Positions 25,458 to 37,580 of a stretch of DNA of 42,691 nt are shown here, one piece after another. The notes below the pieces were generated by a model that was not told the DNA's origin, did not search any database, and worked only from the letters and a program-made list of their open reading frames with translations. The DNA is from Diploschistes diacapsis. Its lineage: Eukaryota. The stretch lies in NCBI GenBank assembly GCA_023645945.1, contig JALAIB010000041.1, positions 1 through 42,691 of the forward strand. The letters are read 5' to 3'. The position numbers and the translations under genes were made by a program. Each line of letters starts with the position of its first letter. Position 1 is the first letter of the stretch.

Positions 25458-27476
25458 CTAAACCTTAAGTAATGGTATAGGGCCAACTCGGACCGTCTCC
25501 CTTTCTTTTATACTCTGTCTTTTTGATCTGTCCTCTCCTTCTTTCTCCTGCTTGCGAACCACAGCTTTGATTCGGTCGAAACGACCTTTAGCTCCAAACT
25601 TGATCTTCGTGATCATGTCTCCTGCCTTGCCCTTGTTGATGCTTTCAGCAGCCAGCTTCTCATTCCCCTCTCTGTATTTATTAAGGAAGTCCAGCTGGCC
25701 CTCGGTAGCCGGATCCTTTCGCCAGGGTTGATCCACCGCGATCATTCGCCATACGAAAGTGCTTTTAGCGAAAGTGTCCGCCGAGTGTACAGCGTCAGAC
25801 AAAGTGGGCTGAGTGGCAAGCACTCGGGCTCGCGCATAAGGTACCCACTTTTTCTCATCTACCTTGGGAAGATTATTGACTTTGGCATTGTGCCGGACCT
25901 GGAATTTATCATCCGCTACTTTCTCTATGGTTAGGTAGGAAGTCGGATCGGCAGACAGAATATAGCGATCTTGATCAACCTGAACCCAGGCAAGTCTACT
26001 GATGGCTCGTATGTGGCGTTCACCCGAAGTATCTTCAATAAGGTCCTGAACGGAGTCATAGTCTGTTATGACCAGATTCGCTGGGTTATCAACGACAGTA
26101 TCGATCTTGATATCAGCATCGCAGACTCCCTTATCGGCCAGCTTTTGCTTTCTCATCCCCGTCAGCTCATCCGTTGTGGCTTCTTTCAGTATTTCTGCTG
26201 GGTCCAATCCAAACAAAGTCGGCGTCGACACAATGCCTGTCTCGAGCGAAGATACCAGATCAATAATATGGCAATTCTCCTTATCAGAATGCAACCTCAT
26301 GCCCCTACCAATCATTTGAACCAGAAGGTTGCGAGATTTTGTTGGCCTGGCTAGCAAAATACAATCAATGTTCGGGATATCCGTACCTTCAGTGAAAATA
26401 GCGCAATTCAGAAGGATAGGGAATTCCTGTCGCTTGAAGGCGTCTAGTGTGGCATCTCGGTCTCGAATCAGGTCAGTGCCTACAATAGATCGAGCATCCA
26501 TGCCATATTCGCGGAACATTGCCTCCAAGGCCTTGACATGCGCCACATCAACACAGAACACTAGAGTCGATTTTCGCTCACTGGCTCGAGACAACCATGC
26601 CCGCACGGTCAAGTCATTGATCCTGGGTGTGTTGATCACCGAGGATAAGGAACTAGAGAGAAAATCCCCCGATAAGCCGCTCTTTACTTTCCGCAAGTCC
26701 GCTTTAGTATTGACAGTTGTGAAGCGCGCATCAGTAAGCCATTTCTCCTCAATCATATCTACGTAGTCTTTGTGGTATACCACATGATCCAGGGCTGTAC
26801 CTAAGGCCAAGCCATCGAATCGTGAAAGCGTTGCCGAGACGCCTACCAGTGCCGGAGAGGAGTCTGTAAGAGTCTTGAGTCTGAAATGCTCCAAGACTTT
26901 CATGTAACTCGTTGCCACAATATGATGGGCCTCGTCAACTAGGATGAGCTTGAATCGCCTGGCGTCAAATTTCTGTAGCCTATCTCCAGAGATGATGCTC
27001 AGAACGGACGCTACCGTAATGTCGGCGAATCCAGTAGCATGCAGATTTCCCATTTCGATGTCTACGGATTTTGACGGGTAGGTGTTTTGGCAATGTCTGG
27101 CCGCTTGCTCGACGAGTTCCCGTCTATGTGCCAAAATAAGGGTCTGTCCGGCATCTTGGTCTTTGGATTGGACTCTATCTATTAAGTGGGTGAAGATGAC
27201 CTGATGGTGATTAGACAAACCAATATACACCGGATTCCTATCGGTAGATCCACTTACAGTTTTCCCACTACCCGTAGCCAAAGAGACACCAAGTCGCTTG
27301 TGTCCTCGGTCTAGATGCGAAAGGACAGCCTGAATGCATTCTTCTTGATATGGACGCAGTTTGATGTCTCGAGGTTGTGTTTGTGTGAGTAAAGGGCTAT
27401 GTACATGCAACTTACGAACAGCGGCTTGCCTCCCAATGTTTTGACCCTTTGGCAACAGACGCGAAAGTTGACTCAT
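25458..27476 (-). CDS. IRC3: Mitochondrial SF2 DEAH-type ATP-dependent helicase, Irc3-like; one 57-nt intron 27257-27201
   Basis: LRPYQEECI, SLATGSGKT|VIF, LILAHRRELVEQA, DEAHH, SAT, FTEGTDIPNIDC..LARPTKSRNLLVQMIGRGMR; presequence-like N-terminus. Confidence 0.95.
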   Translation of the reverse strand: MSQLSRLLPKGQNIGRQAAVRKLHVHSPLLTQTQPRDIKLRPYQEECIQAVLSHLDRGHKRLGVSLATGSGKTVSGSTDRNPVYIGLSNHHQVIFTHLIDRVQSKDQDAGQTLILAHRRELVEQAARHCQNTYPSKSVDIEMGNLHATGFADITVASVLSIISGDRLQKFDARRFKLILVDEAHHIVATSYMKVLEHFRLKTLTDSSPALVGVSATLSRFDGLALGTALDHVVYHKDYVDMIEEKWLTDARFTTVNTKADLRKVKSGLSGDFLSSSLSSVINTPRINDLTVRAWLSRASERKSTLVFCVDVAHVKALEAMFREYGMDARSIVGTDLIRDRDATLDAFKRQEFPILLNCAIFTEGTDIPNIDCILLARPTKSRNLLVQMIGRGMRLHSDKENCHIIDLVSSLETGIVSTPTLFGLDPAEILKEATTDELTGMRKQKLADKGVCDADIKIDTVVDNPANLVITDYDSVQDLIEDTSGERHIRAISRLAWVQVDQDRYILSADPTSYLTIEKVADDKFQVRHNAKVNNLPKVDEKKWVPYARARVLATQPTLSDAVHSADTFAKSTFVWRMIAVDQPWRKDPATEGQLDFLNKYREGNEKLAAESINKGKAGDMITKIKFGAKGRFDRIKAVVRKQEKEGEDRSKRQSIKERETVRVGPIPLLKV

Positions 27477-27593
27477 TATCCATGTCGCTTAGAAAAAGTT
27501 TTCAGGCATAAATACAACGAATTCGCTATTGAAACCAAAGTTTATTCTAAGGTAGAGGAGAAGCTTAGATGCTTGGCCATACAAGCCCCGAAA

Positions 27594-29552
27594 ATGAATA
27601 GTTCGGAAAGTGACGATTTCCAGCCGTCGGAAGAAATAGAAGCGGCAGACGCAAGCGCAGCGGAGGAGAAACGCAGAACGAAGTCATTGGGAATATCTAC
27701 AAGTAACAGCGAAGGGGACACGGAAGGTGCGACGAAACTCCAAGATCCAGGTCTCCAGCACCAAGCTCGCAACAAGCGCAAGCACGCACATTTTTTCTGG
27801 CAAACTGCTACAGCCCAAAGAAGTGCCAAAAGGCTGCGCGCGCTGTATTCTCCAGGCTACCACGACCTGTTCAACCAAATAGTAGAAGAGGCTACTTCAG
27901 TTATTGATCCAGTGCCCAAACGCTACAAGTGGCCCGACGAACAATACGGTCTTGTTTCCTGGTCAGCCGAAGAGAAGGATCGATTTTTCAACGCCTTGGA
28001 TAGAAAAGGTAGATATAACGTGGAAGCGATAGCATCTTCCATTGGCACCAAATCCCAGCCAGAAGTGCAAGCATTTATTCAGTTACTGAATCAAGACGTG
28101 CTTGACGAGGATCCGAAAGAGAGATACCGATTGGTAGAGTATCCAGATATACCTGCGGCTTATGAGGTGAGTGAAGAATGTCGCCGGGCCCTAGAAGATA
28201 GTGCAGATGCCTTGGCCCAGAAGCAGTTCGAGTACGAGGTTGATGTGGAAAGGAGGAGGCATGGCAATTTCTGGTTACTGGATTTAAACACTGTTAAGGA
28301 GCTCAAGATATTGAGAGCTGGGAAAGAGGAAAACCAAAACGAAGCTACTTCAACATCTGCACTTGAGACTGCCTTTGATCTCCTAGACCTGAAAGCCATG
28401 ATTGAACTATCGTTCCGCCTCTTCATGAATTCGAAGGATTTCAAGTACAACTGGCAAAGATACGCAGAAGCAGGCCACGGCCCCTCTTTGTTTTGTACAG
28501 CTTTTCTCGATATCCACAACCTCGTCATTGGGATTACTAAACGGCTGGTGGCTTCGAGCTTGTTCATGACCTTATCTCGACTTCGGGTTCTGAAGGAGAG
28601 CGGAAAGCTCCCCAAGCCAGAAGTTCGAATCAAGGATGTACATGCAGCGCTTGATACCATGAAGTTTAACCATGATGCATTCGAGTACTGGCGCGGTATT
28701 GCGAGGAGGTGCAACCTGCGGGTGTATGATAGTCCAGAGGTAGCGAGAGCTTCGGAAACAGAGATTGCACTCTCAGACGTCGAGCGCCGACTTGGAGAGC
28801 CCCTTCGCAGAGATTCTAGCCTTGCGCGATCAGCCCCATCAGAGGACTCTGAAGACTCTGAAATTTCTTCTGAGTCTTTGTTCTCCCAAGATCCACCTCC
28901 CAAACTTTCCGCCAATGAACCCCAGCTGGAGCGGCTCGACAAACATCAAGAGGCCGAAGAAGAGTACGCTGAATTTCAAGATACAAAAGAAAGTTGGGAC
29001 GAGGAGCTACGGCTTTGGGACCTGCTGCAAGCGAAGCCTCGAAGCGAACGACCGCCCACCACAGAAATGAGTCCGCTCAAGCCGCGTTCTTCCAGGCAGT
29101 CAAGGCAGAGATCAGACGATTGGAGAGAACGGATTACGTACAAGAGCGAGTGGCAAGTTTACGAGGAGCCGCCCGCGCAGAAGTCATTTGAGAAGAACCG
29201 ACAACTAAAGCGCCGTGAAAGAAATTTATCTGAGTTATCTACCAGCCCTCCATCTACAGTGGAGGAGCAAGAGACATCTTCAACAAGTGTGGGTGAGCAC
29301 TCGAGCTTCGAAAGTGGAGAAGATGAATATAGTCAGGCCGCTAACCTACGATTATACCCGTGCAAAGACGGTGCAATACATGATGGACTTGCCGAGTCTG
29401 GTGGAGAGATAGCTGGACAGGACTCTGAAGACTATAGGTTGGATAGAAGAAATGCCGATACACAACGCCAGGAGCCCTTCGAAGCTTCAGCCAGCGACGA
29501 ATCCGCAAGTGATGGGCGCAGCGATTCAGGCAAAGAAGTTAAGGTTGATTAA
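27594..29552 (+). CDS. RRN5: RNA polymerase I upstream activation factor subunit Rrn5-like (SANT/Myb domain)
   Basis: Long ORF (start taken as AAAATG at 27594) with QYGLVSWSAEEKDRFFNALDRKGR..IASSIGTKSQPEV..FIQLL, DIPAAYEVSEEC, LSFRLFMNS, TKRLVASSLF typical of Pezizomycotina Rrn5; acidic C-terminal tail. Confidence 0.82.
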   Translation: MNSSESDDFQPSEEIEAADASAAEEKRRTKSLGISTSNSEGDTEGATKLQDPGLQHQARNKRKHAHFFWQTATAQRSAKRLRALYSPGYHDLFNQIVEEATSVIDPVPKRYKWPDEQYGLVSWSAEEKDRFFNALDRKGRYNVEAIASSIGTKSQPEVQAFIQLLNQDVLDEDPKERYRLVEYPDIPAAYEVSEECRRALEDSADALAQKQFEYEVDVERRRHGNFWLLDLNTVKELKILRAGKEENQNEATSTSALETAFDLLDLKAMIELSFRLFMNSKDFKYNWQRYAEAGHGPSLFCTAFLDIHNLVIGITKRLVASSLFMTLSRLRVLKESGKLPKPEVRIKDVHAALDTMKFNHDAFEYWRGIARRCNLRVYDSPEVARASETEIALSDVERRLGEPLRRDSSLARSAPSEDSEDSEISSESLFSQDPPPKLSANEPQLERLDKHQEAEEEYAEFQDTKESWDEELRLWDLLQAKPRSERPPTTEMSPLKPRSSRQSRQRSDDWRERITYKSEWQVYEEPPAQKSFEKNRQLKRRERNLSELSTSPPSTVEEQETSSTSVGEHSSFESGEDEYSQAANLRLYPCKDGAIHDGLAESGGEIAGQDSEDYRLDRRNADTQRQEPFEASASDESASDGRSDSGKEVKVD

Positions 29553-29753
29553 TACACATGAAACTGGTCCAATAGAAACTCACCAACACGGTACAAAGGA
29601 CAATATTCGACTAAGCCTGTCATGCGCCCCATGGCTCGGCGAAAAGTGTTATGATCTCCCGCGCAGGCCTAGACTCCATGCAAAATTCAAGTCAGCAAAT
29701 CAAGGTCCGTGGCAGGCGCCTATCCTCCAGCTATCGCACAATCTTCCAACCCT

Positions 29754-30496
29754 CTAGATCGTCCCCCAGAAATAATTCGCGTAATAAAACCGCGAAAACT
29801 TAGGATCCACATGAACAACATGCACGTCCCCCCTCCTCGCATTCCTCACCACCGCCTTTCCAACCTTTCCCCCTTCCTCGAGCTCAATGTCAATCCCCAG
29901 CGTCCGATACACCTTCAACTTCAGCACCGTCTCGTCCTCACCCTCTCTCTTCTGCCGGGCCGTATCGTCCCCTTCAACGCCCTGCAGGTCGAGCTCTTGC
30001 AGGCGGCTCTTGAGGCCGTCGAGTTCGGCTTCGAGACGGTCGGACTCAATTTCTAGGTCGGACGCGGCTTTTGCGATGCGGAATTTTTGTGTGTCAAGCT
30101 CGACGATGTGGGAGGCGTGTGTGGCGGAGGAGTGCGAGGCGAGGGTCTCGGTGTGGTGGGAGGAGAGGAGGTTGTGGGTGCGGGAGAGCTCTTTGGCGGA
30201 AAGTCAGAGGTGCTTTTCTTGATCTACGACCCATTTGCGCAATGGGAGGATCTAAGAGGAACGGGGCAAGGTAGTGGTGTGTACTTTTCAATGCGCTTTC
30301 AGCTTCCCGAATGCGCAAGTCGCGCGTTGTATGGATGTCGCCGAGTGCTTCGTTTATGCGCGCGACGGCGGCTTTGTCTGGGGCGAGGTTGAAGTTGGCG
30401 ATTGTTTGGTGCATGAGCTGCGGGCGTTGATTAGAAAGTGAGAGGGCAAGCTGAAGGCTCAGGGCTTACCTCTGCTGGATCCTCGTCGAGAAGCAT
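29754..30496 (-). CDS. SPC24: Kinetochore NDC80-complex subunit Spc24; exons 30496-30470, 30417-30285, 30190-29754
   Basis: Spliced translation [32 protein letters not shown]...ALK|KLSR...[22 protein letters not shown]...[15 protein letters not shown]...[25 protein letters not shown]. Confidence 0.93.
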
Positions 30497-30918
30497 TTTG
30501 ACGGTAAGGTGAGGACTGGATAGAACGGAAAAGAAGCGATATTCACGTAATGCTCCGGGTAAGTTCTGTTGAAGGGGTGATCCGTATGCAAGAAGCTTAG
30601 GCTTGACGTTTCATCACGACAATATCGACTTTCAGATTGAGTTGCGAACCACTTCATAGTAAACAAAAGATCTCGGCTGTAGTAGGGCTTAGCGACATAT
30701 CGCGAGGGAGTCCGTCCCCTGGGCCTAGACCCCGGGCGACCCCGGTGCCTGCGCCACCACCGAAGCCCTTGCGCTACGGTCATGCGTGGACAATGTTCGC
30801 ATGTGAGCTGCATCATCTTGCGCCACAGGTCCTCCACGTATCCTGTGGCCTGAATCCCTAAACTATCCCCTTTCTTCCGTTTCCAGAATTGTCTTTGGCG
30901 TTTTGCCACGGAACAGTT

Positions 30919-31537
30919 ATGTCGAGCCTCCCATGTATGTTGGTTTCCAGTCGTCTCACGATTAGAACCTGCTAACGCTGCTTCCGCTGCAGATGCCGCA
31001 GATGCCGAGAGGTACGCGGACCCAGGTACCTTGACCAACGTCTTTCATCTAACCAAGGATAGCGCCTTAAAACCCGAAGAACTCAAAGTCCTGCGCGATC
31101 AGTACGAGAAGGAAGGGAATTTTGTGGGCATTCAGACAAAGTTCAACTACGCCTGGGTATAACGGCTCCAGTCCCCAGCACCAGGGCCAAGATTGACAAT
31201 AGGGCAGGGGCTGATCAAAGCGCCGTCGCGAGCAGAGCAACAAGAAGGTGTACGATTACTCTCCGAGATCTACCGATCAGCGCCGGAACGACGGCGAGAA
31301 TGTCTGTACTACTTGGCGCTGGGAGAGTTCAAGCTCGGAAACTACGCGGAAGCCAGACGCTACAATGATTCGCTTCTGAGCCTCGAGGCGGGGAACTTGC
31401 AGGCGGCTAGCCTGCGAGGGCTTATAGATGACAAGGTCCAGAAAGAGGGTCTGATGGGCGTTGCTATTGTGGGAGGGCTGGCTGTGGCTGCTGGAGTGGT
31501 GGGCAGTATGATGTTCAAAGGAATGAAAAAACGGTGA
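30919..31537 (+). CDS. FIS1: Mitochondrial fission protein Fis1; exons 30919-30934, 30993-31011, 31063-31156, 31208-31537
   Basis: [47 protein letters not shown]...[30 protein letters not shown]-like body and C-terminal tail anchor ending KGMKKR. Confidence 0.97.
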
Positions 31538-32474
31538 AGTACTAGGCGGGGGGCGATTTGCAACTGGAGTAATACTTGATGAAGAGGAGAGGGATGGAGT
31601 TTGGGGAGGGCTCTCGGACACTGCTTGGAAGTAAAACAGACGGACGAGGTCTTTCTCATCTGATGGTAAGGCAGGTATAAGGAGTGCAGCATCGACACCG
31701 CTGTAGGCATTCGTTACAGCCTGATTTGTTGTTTGTAAAAAAAATAATAAAGAAATGTGGACATAGTATCCCAAAGGAGCTAAGCTGATCATATTATGAT
31801 TGTTTTGGTAAAAGGTAACCTTCTAAAGCTTCGAAAACCTTCCATGGCCAATGTAGGCACGCGATTCAGGAGATCTGACAGTATCATTGACCACAGCCCA
31901 CGCGACAGGAATCACGCCAAAGCCAAAGGCAAACCCAACCGAATCAAAACGGCTCATAAAGCAAGACCAAGCCCGCTTCTTCTTAATTTAGGCCTTGCGT
32001 CACCTCACCACCATTACATTACAAGTAATGCCTCGCAGTCAACGATTCTAGGTAAACCTACAAGTCACCTAAAACTCCGCATCTACTTTTAATTTGTAAT
32101 TCAACGCTTTGACCGCAGTGGCGTAGCTTGTCCTCAAAATTACTCTTCAACATAAGGTTGCAGTCCTTCCATATTTTTACTTACCAGCATCATCATCATC
32201 AACAAGGGTTTCTGATCCGGGGGAACGTTTCCGCTCAGGCGCACAAAGCTGGCTACAAACCACAAGCATCCCGTCGTTGCTTTTCTATTGCCGCCTCAAA
32301 CCTCATGGGCCTTTCTCCGACTGTTTGAATTAGCCGAACCTCCCTGACCAAAATCCCGCCTTTCTATTTCAGTCTTTGAAAAACGGGCGCCAACCCGGCT
32401 GGCCTCTGCAGTCACAAAAATCAGAGCGAGCGAAGAGTGTCACATTGAGACAGTACTCGCACGCTTAGCTCGCC

Positions 32475-33922
32475 ATGTCCGGCACAGCGAATACTAATCG
32501 AGAACTGCTATTTTGCCACCAGTGCGAGGATGAGTGGTATAGAGACGATAGGGGACTTGTATGTCCGAGATGTAGGTCCGAGATAGTTGAAATTGTAAGT
32601 ACAACCTCCTTTAAAAATGGTTACCACGGTACAAGGTCATTGTTGGAGCTATGCTTTGGGTGTCTCCTGTGGAAGTTTCGGCTTGGGTCCATTTGCTGAC
32701 TTTCTCTTAGATCCAGCCTGATACCGATCCCCGAGAAGAGCACTTTCCCGAAGACGACCAAGCACCCCATAATCACCCTCTGCATGATCATAACCCTTGG
32801 GGTGGCGACGCCCCGGATCCCGATGAAGATGACGTCTCTCATGTTGAATGGACAGGGCCAAGCGGCACACGATTTTCACGAATAACGATGAGGTCAAATA
32901 CACCAAACCAAATGCCGCCAGGGTTTGCGGACGCCTTTGGGCCAATATTTGGTGTAATGATGGGGAATATGCCTCCTCCAAATGTGCGACCCGATCAGAA
33001 TCCCCAGAACAGCGGAGGTGGGAATACCGGCAACAGGGGGCCTTTGGGTAATACCAGGATAGGGGGGACTTACACATTCAGCATGAACGGGCCTGGGAAC
33101 GTACGCTTCAGTCGTACTGGAGGTAATTTAGGTATGGAGGACCTGAACGGCATTATGGGCAATCTTCTCGGCATGTTTGGACCTCAGGCGGGTGCAGGTC
33201 GCGCAAGAGGAACTGCGGGAGATCCCGGAGGTGATCAACAAAACGCGCCCATCAACCCTGTGATGCGTATGCTGATGGATATGGCTATTCCACCAGCGGG
33301 AGCTGCCGGTGATGTTGCATACACTCAGGAGGGTTTCGACAGAATCATGACGATGCTACGAGAACAGCACCAAGGTAGCAACGCTCCTGGCCCAGCCAAT
33401 GAAGCTGCTATCGAAGCCTTACCAAAGATCAAGCTTGCCAAGGAACAGCTAGACGATCAGGGGAAAGCAGACTGCGCAATCTGCATGGACTCAGTGGAGG
33501 CTGGTGCAGAGGTCACTAAGTTGCCATGTGAACATTGGTTTCACGGCGATTGCATTACCTCCTGGTTGAAGGAGCATGACACTTGTCCGCAATGCCGTCG
33601 TGGGATAACACCTAAGGAGGGCGACGAGACCACGCCACGCACGACCGGACAGGCGCCACGGTATTGGCAAGTCGACGAAGGAGATATTAATGCTTTGGCG
33701 CGTGAGGCAAGCAACAGCAGTCAGGCGCAGGGAACGGTCCCTGATACAGCAGCTCCCACTCGTCGGTCAAGCCGGCGCCGGTCGCGCAGTCCTGCTTCGT
33801 CACCTTCAAATCGATCGTCACGCGATGGAGCCCGAACAGGTGGGGTTTCCGGATTCCTCTCCGGTCTGGGTAGAAGATTCGGTAATGGTGGACACAATGA
33901 TGGAGGGGGCTCCCATCATTAA
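32475..33922 (+). CDS. RING-H2 E3 ubiquitin ligase with N-terminal zinc ribbon (RNF126/RNF115-like); intron 32595-32710
   Basis: FCHQC...CPRCRSEIVEI zinc ribbon; GDVAYTQEGFDRIMTML..PA.EAAIEALP; CAICMD...KLPCEHWFHGDCITSWLKEHDTCPQCR (C3H2C3); the intron restores the frame. Confidence 0.92.
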
Positions 33923-34465
33923 CCTCTTTCATACTGGACGCTGTATGATACGGTTTGCGGCATTCGCCCTATCGAGGTGTGGCGTTACCAAGGTAAAGCA
34001 TGTTCGGGATACGACGGCATTGGACGGCGTTTACGCATAAACATGCCATAACTTGGTCTGGGGAGGTATGGGGGACAAGAATGCAATGACGGTATGCATA
34101 AGGCACCGGGAGGACTGCTCAAATGAGAGAAGGCGCAGGGACGAATGCCGGCTTCACAGATGGCAGCTCAAATATAGTATGCTAAATTGGCTCTCAATAA
34201 AGTTGGAAGATCTTCGCCCCTTAACCTTGGGAAATCACGTGCGCATCCGACCGTGTAATTACTACTATATACCCCATGTAGACGGAGATTACTCCCCGGA
34301 GATAGATTGGCCATTCGACGGCCAATGGTTGCTTTCATGGTTCCCTGAGAAAGTTTGGTCATAACTTTGCATCAATGCTTTGAGAAAGGAAATTCCCAGC
34401 TACGTTGGCACCATTTTGCCAACAAGCCGCCTCGCAGAAACATCGTCTGATAATGCTCTCCAAAA

Positions 34466-36885
34466 ATGCCAAGGCATAGACCACCAACTTCGGGATATGC
34501 CAGACTTTCGCAGGCAGATGAAGAGGAAGACCGTCGGTATACAGATGATTCAGCCGACGAAGATCCATTTCACGCTCCCCGAACCATATCAACATCGTCC
34601 GTTTCGCAGTATGCTCCCATTCAGCCGGGGCCGCAAGGCTCCATGCAATTGCCCCGTGACGGATCGCCCAGCCATCGTCGTAGACCAGGAACACATAAGA
34701 GGAGGGGAAGAAGCAATTCATCGGTGGACATAAAGGCTATCAATGCTCGCTTGGAGCGATGGGCAGACGAAATTGCATCGAAGTTCAAGATCAAGAAGAT
34801 CAAAGGCAAATCGCATGCAGAAGAGCAGCTGGAGATACATCATACGGTCTTTCAGGGCCCCGAAGGCATACAGCCAGCAACTGCGGAGACCCTACAGTCA
34901 GAGCTTACAGAACCCTCCGACGACCGTATGACCAAGATAGAGTTCGACGATGTGGTCGAAAGTGTCAGGACGGCAATAGAGCTCGGCATGCACCCAAAGC
35001 TGATATCTCAGGGTAGCTCTGGAAGCTATTTCGCGCGGAATACCGACGGAAAGGTTGTCGGTGTCTTCAAGCCCAAGGACGAAGAGCCGTATGCGACGAG
35101 GAATCCCAAGTGGACCAAGTGGATCCATCGCAACCTGTTTCCTTGCTTCTTCGGTCGTGCATGTCTTATTCCCAATCTGTCCTACGTTTCGGAGGCGGCT
35201 GCCTATGTACTCGACAGCAGACTTCGTACTAACATCGTTCCCTACACCGACATCGTACATCTCTCCTCGAAGGCCTTTTACTATGACTTTTGGCAAAGAT
35301 CAGCCTTCTATCGGAAACATAAGCCTCTGCCGGAGAAGCCAGGCAGCTTTCAGGTTTTCTTGAAGGGATACAAAGATGCGACCGTCTTCTTGCGAGAACA
35401 TCCATGGCCAGACCAAGTAAACTCTGGTTTCCGACCACAAGACGCACCGAAGAGCCGGAAAAGACCGTGGACAGAAAATTGCCGAGCGACCCTACTGAAT
35501 TCGGACGAGGAGGAGGAGGAAGGAAGCTCCACGGTGCCCACCCGACCGACTTCTTCCGACAACACGGCACAACAGCATTTCTACTGGAATGACACGTTGC
35601 AGCAGTCATTCAGGGAAGAGCTGGAGAAACTCGTAATATTGGACTACATCATGAGGAACACGGACAGGGGTCTTGATAACTGGATGATCAAGGTCGATTG
35701 GGCCAACCAAGAGGTGTCCATCGCTTCAGAGCCTCCAAAATTAAATGCAGACACGGGCGAAGACGAGCATCCTATACCTGTCAGGGCAAGTGAAGCGCAA
35801 GCTCCGCTACTTACCCCATATAGGCGGCAAGAAGCTATGATACCAAGGAGCCGAGCTAGTTCACCCGGACTTCCACCCAAGAATGCTAGCCTGCCCTCGA
35901 ATATCTCGATAGGCGCAATAGATAATAGTCTCTCATGGCCATGGAAACACCCGGATGCTGTAAGCGTTATCGTGAACTTATTCCTCATTTTCTGATGCTG
36001 ACCTTTTCACAGTGGCGAAGCTTCCCTTTTGGCTGGCTCTTCCTTCCTGTTTCTCTTATCGGACGACCTTTCTCTCAGAAGACCAGAGACCATTTCTTGC
36101 CACTACTCACGTCGAAAGATTGGTGGAGCGAGACCCAGATCGCTCTTCGCCGAATTTTCGAGCAGGACTCTGATTTCAAGGAAAGAATGTTTGCCAGACA
36201 GATCGCCGTCATGAAGGGTCAGGCATGGAACGTTGTCGAGACCCTGAAAACTCCGGATCATGGGCCTCTCGAACTTACAAGACGGACTCGGGTGTGCGTG
36301 TGGGATGACATAGTAGATATACCAGTAGCGATCCCACTAAGGACTCCGTCTGCCGAGATGCGCCGACAACAAGAGCGCGAGAATAGGCTACGGCGCTCTG
36401 ATAGTGATGAAATGGACATTGGCACTGCAAAGACACCGAATGGACTGCCCCATCGTAGCGACTTATTGAACTTTCCGCAGAGCGATTCTTTGCCGACTCC
36501 GAACCGGTTTTCGCTATCGCGCAGCGATGGCAACCCGCTCTTTGATGAGCCGCAGACGCCTGCCACCATTCACGGCGGCGTTGGCTTGGATCGGACGGAT
36601 GGCAAAGACTTTATCAATGGAACGGCGCTCGGAACGGCGCCACTCCGCTCAAGCACTCATATCAGCTTCGAAGCAGGTCGGGGTGGGAGGACCAGCTTCG
36701 GCAGCGGTGGAAGGCGCTCGATGTCGGGGAGGGACGAAGACAGCAGGTACTTTTACGATGCGGATGACACGGATGGAGATCTGGGATACGCGGCTGCACA
36801 AGTAACGGAAAAACATACGCGTAAAGTGATCGTGGAGCGCTTGGAGGCAGTCAAGAGCAAAAACCCCGTATTCACGTGGTGTTGA
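34466..36885 (+). CDS. LSB6: Phosphatidylinositol 4-kinase type II; intron 35960-36012
   Basis: ISQGSSGSYF, VFKPKDEEPY..NPKWTKW, GRACLIPNLSYVSEAAA, LVILDYIMRNTDRGLDNW, AIDNSLSWPWKHPDA|WRSFPFGW, C-terminal PVFTWC. Confidence 0.97.
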
Positions 36886-37580
36886 CTCGTCTTTGTGTAA
36901 AGTTTTTCGTGTTATGGGAAGCATAGCCTTGGCGTCTACAGGCATGAATCTTCTGCAAAGGAGGCTGAGGGTCAATGTAACTCATTCTCTTTCGTGTTAT
37001 AAAGATAGCAGTCGGTCTTGTGACTAACCTATGTACGGCCATGAGGCCAGAAGAGTCCCGTCTTTGATACACTTCGTATACTCGCATTGTCACTTGACCA
37101 ACAGCTGTTGCCTACAGTGGAACGTTGTAACTTGCGCTGTGGTATCCTAAGGTTGTCGTTGAGGTGAGTCGAGTTCTGTGTAGTTGAAGCTCGATGGGAA
37201 TGATTTGCATCAATCATGTGACCGGGGCATGTGATTTGTCAGGAACGCAGCTTTGAAGGCACCGACTGGCGGCTATCTGAACATCCATTCCCTCGAGTCT
37301 GATAACAATCTTCTATCAAGTCAACATTTTCAACGCCGCTCTCACTCACTCAGATCCGGCAGGTATAAATATCGCCCGGAGCCTCGGGGTCTTCCGGGAG
37401 ACTATGTTTTCTTTATCACGTCTCCCAGCGCTTTGATCTTTGATCGTTGCCTCTATGTATAGAGATATTGCCCAGCCTTGACCCCCCTCAACATCTGCTT
37501 TTTTCAATCCTAGTCTCGAGCTGGTACATTACCACTCATTAATGACTACCCTTTCGGAAGCTGGCTGATATACAGAAGCC

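Noticed and set aside
27399..27593. 65-codon N-terminal extension of the RRN5 ORF overlapping the IRC3 start
   Set aside because: Overlaps IRC3 antisense, has no recognisable motif, and ATG 27594 has a better context; likely a chance open frame
28160..28942. 260-aa antisense ORF inside RRN5 (and similar shadows in ARH1, IRC3, LSB6, SNF2)
   Set aside because: Antisense shadows of real coding sequence with no independent motifs
32305..32328. 7-codon uORF upstream of the RING gene
   Set aside because: Expected by chance and the TSS is unknown
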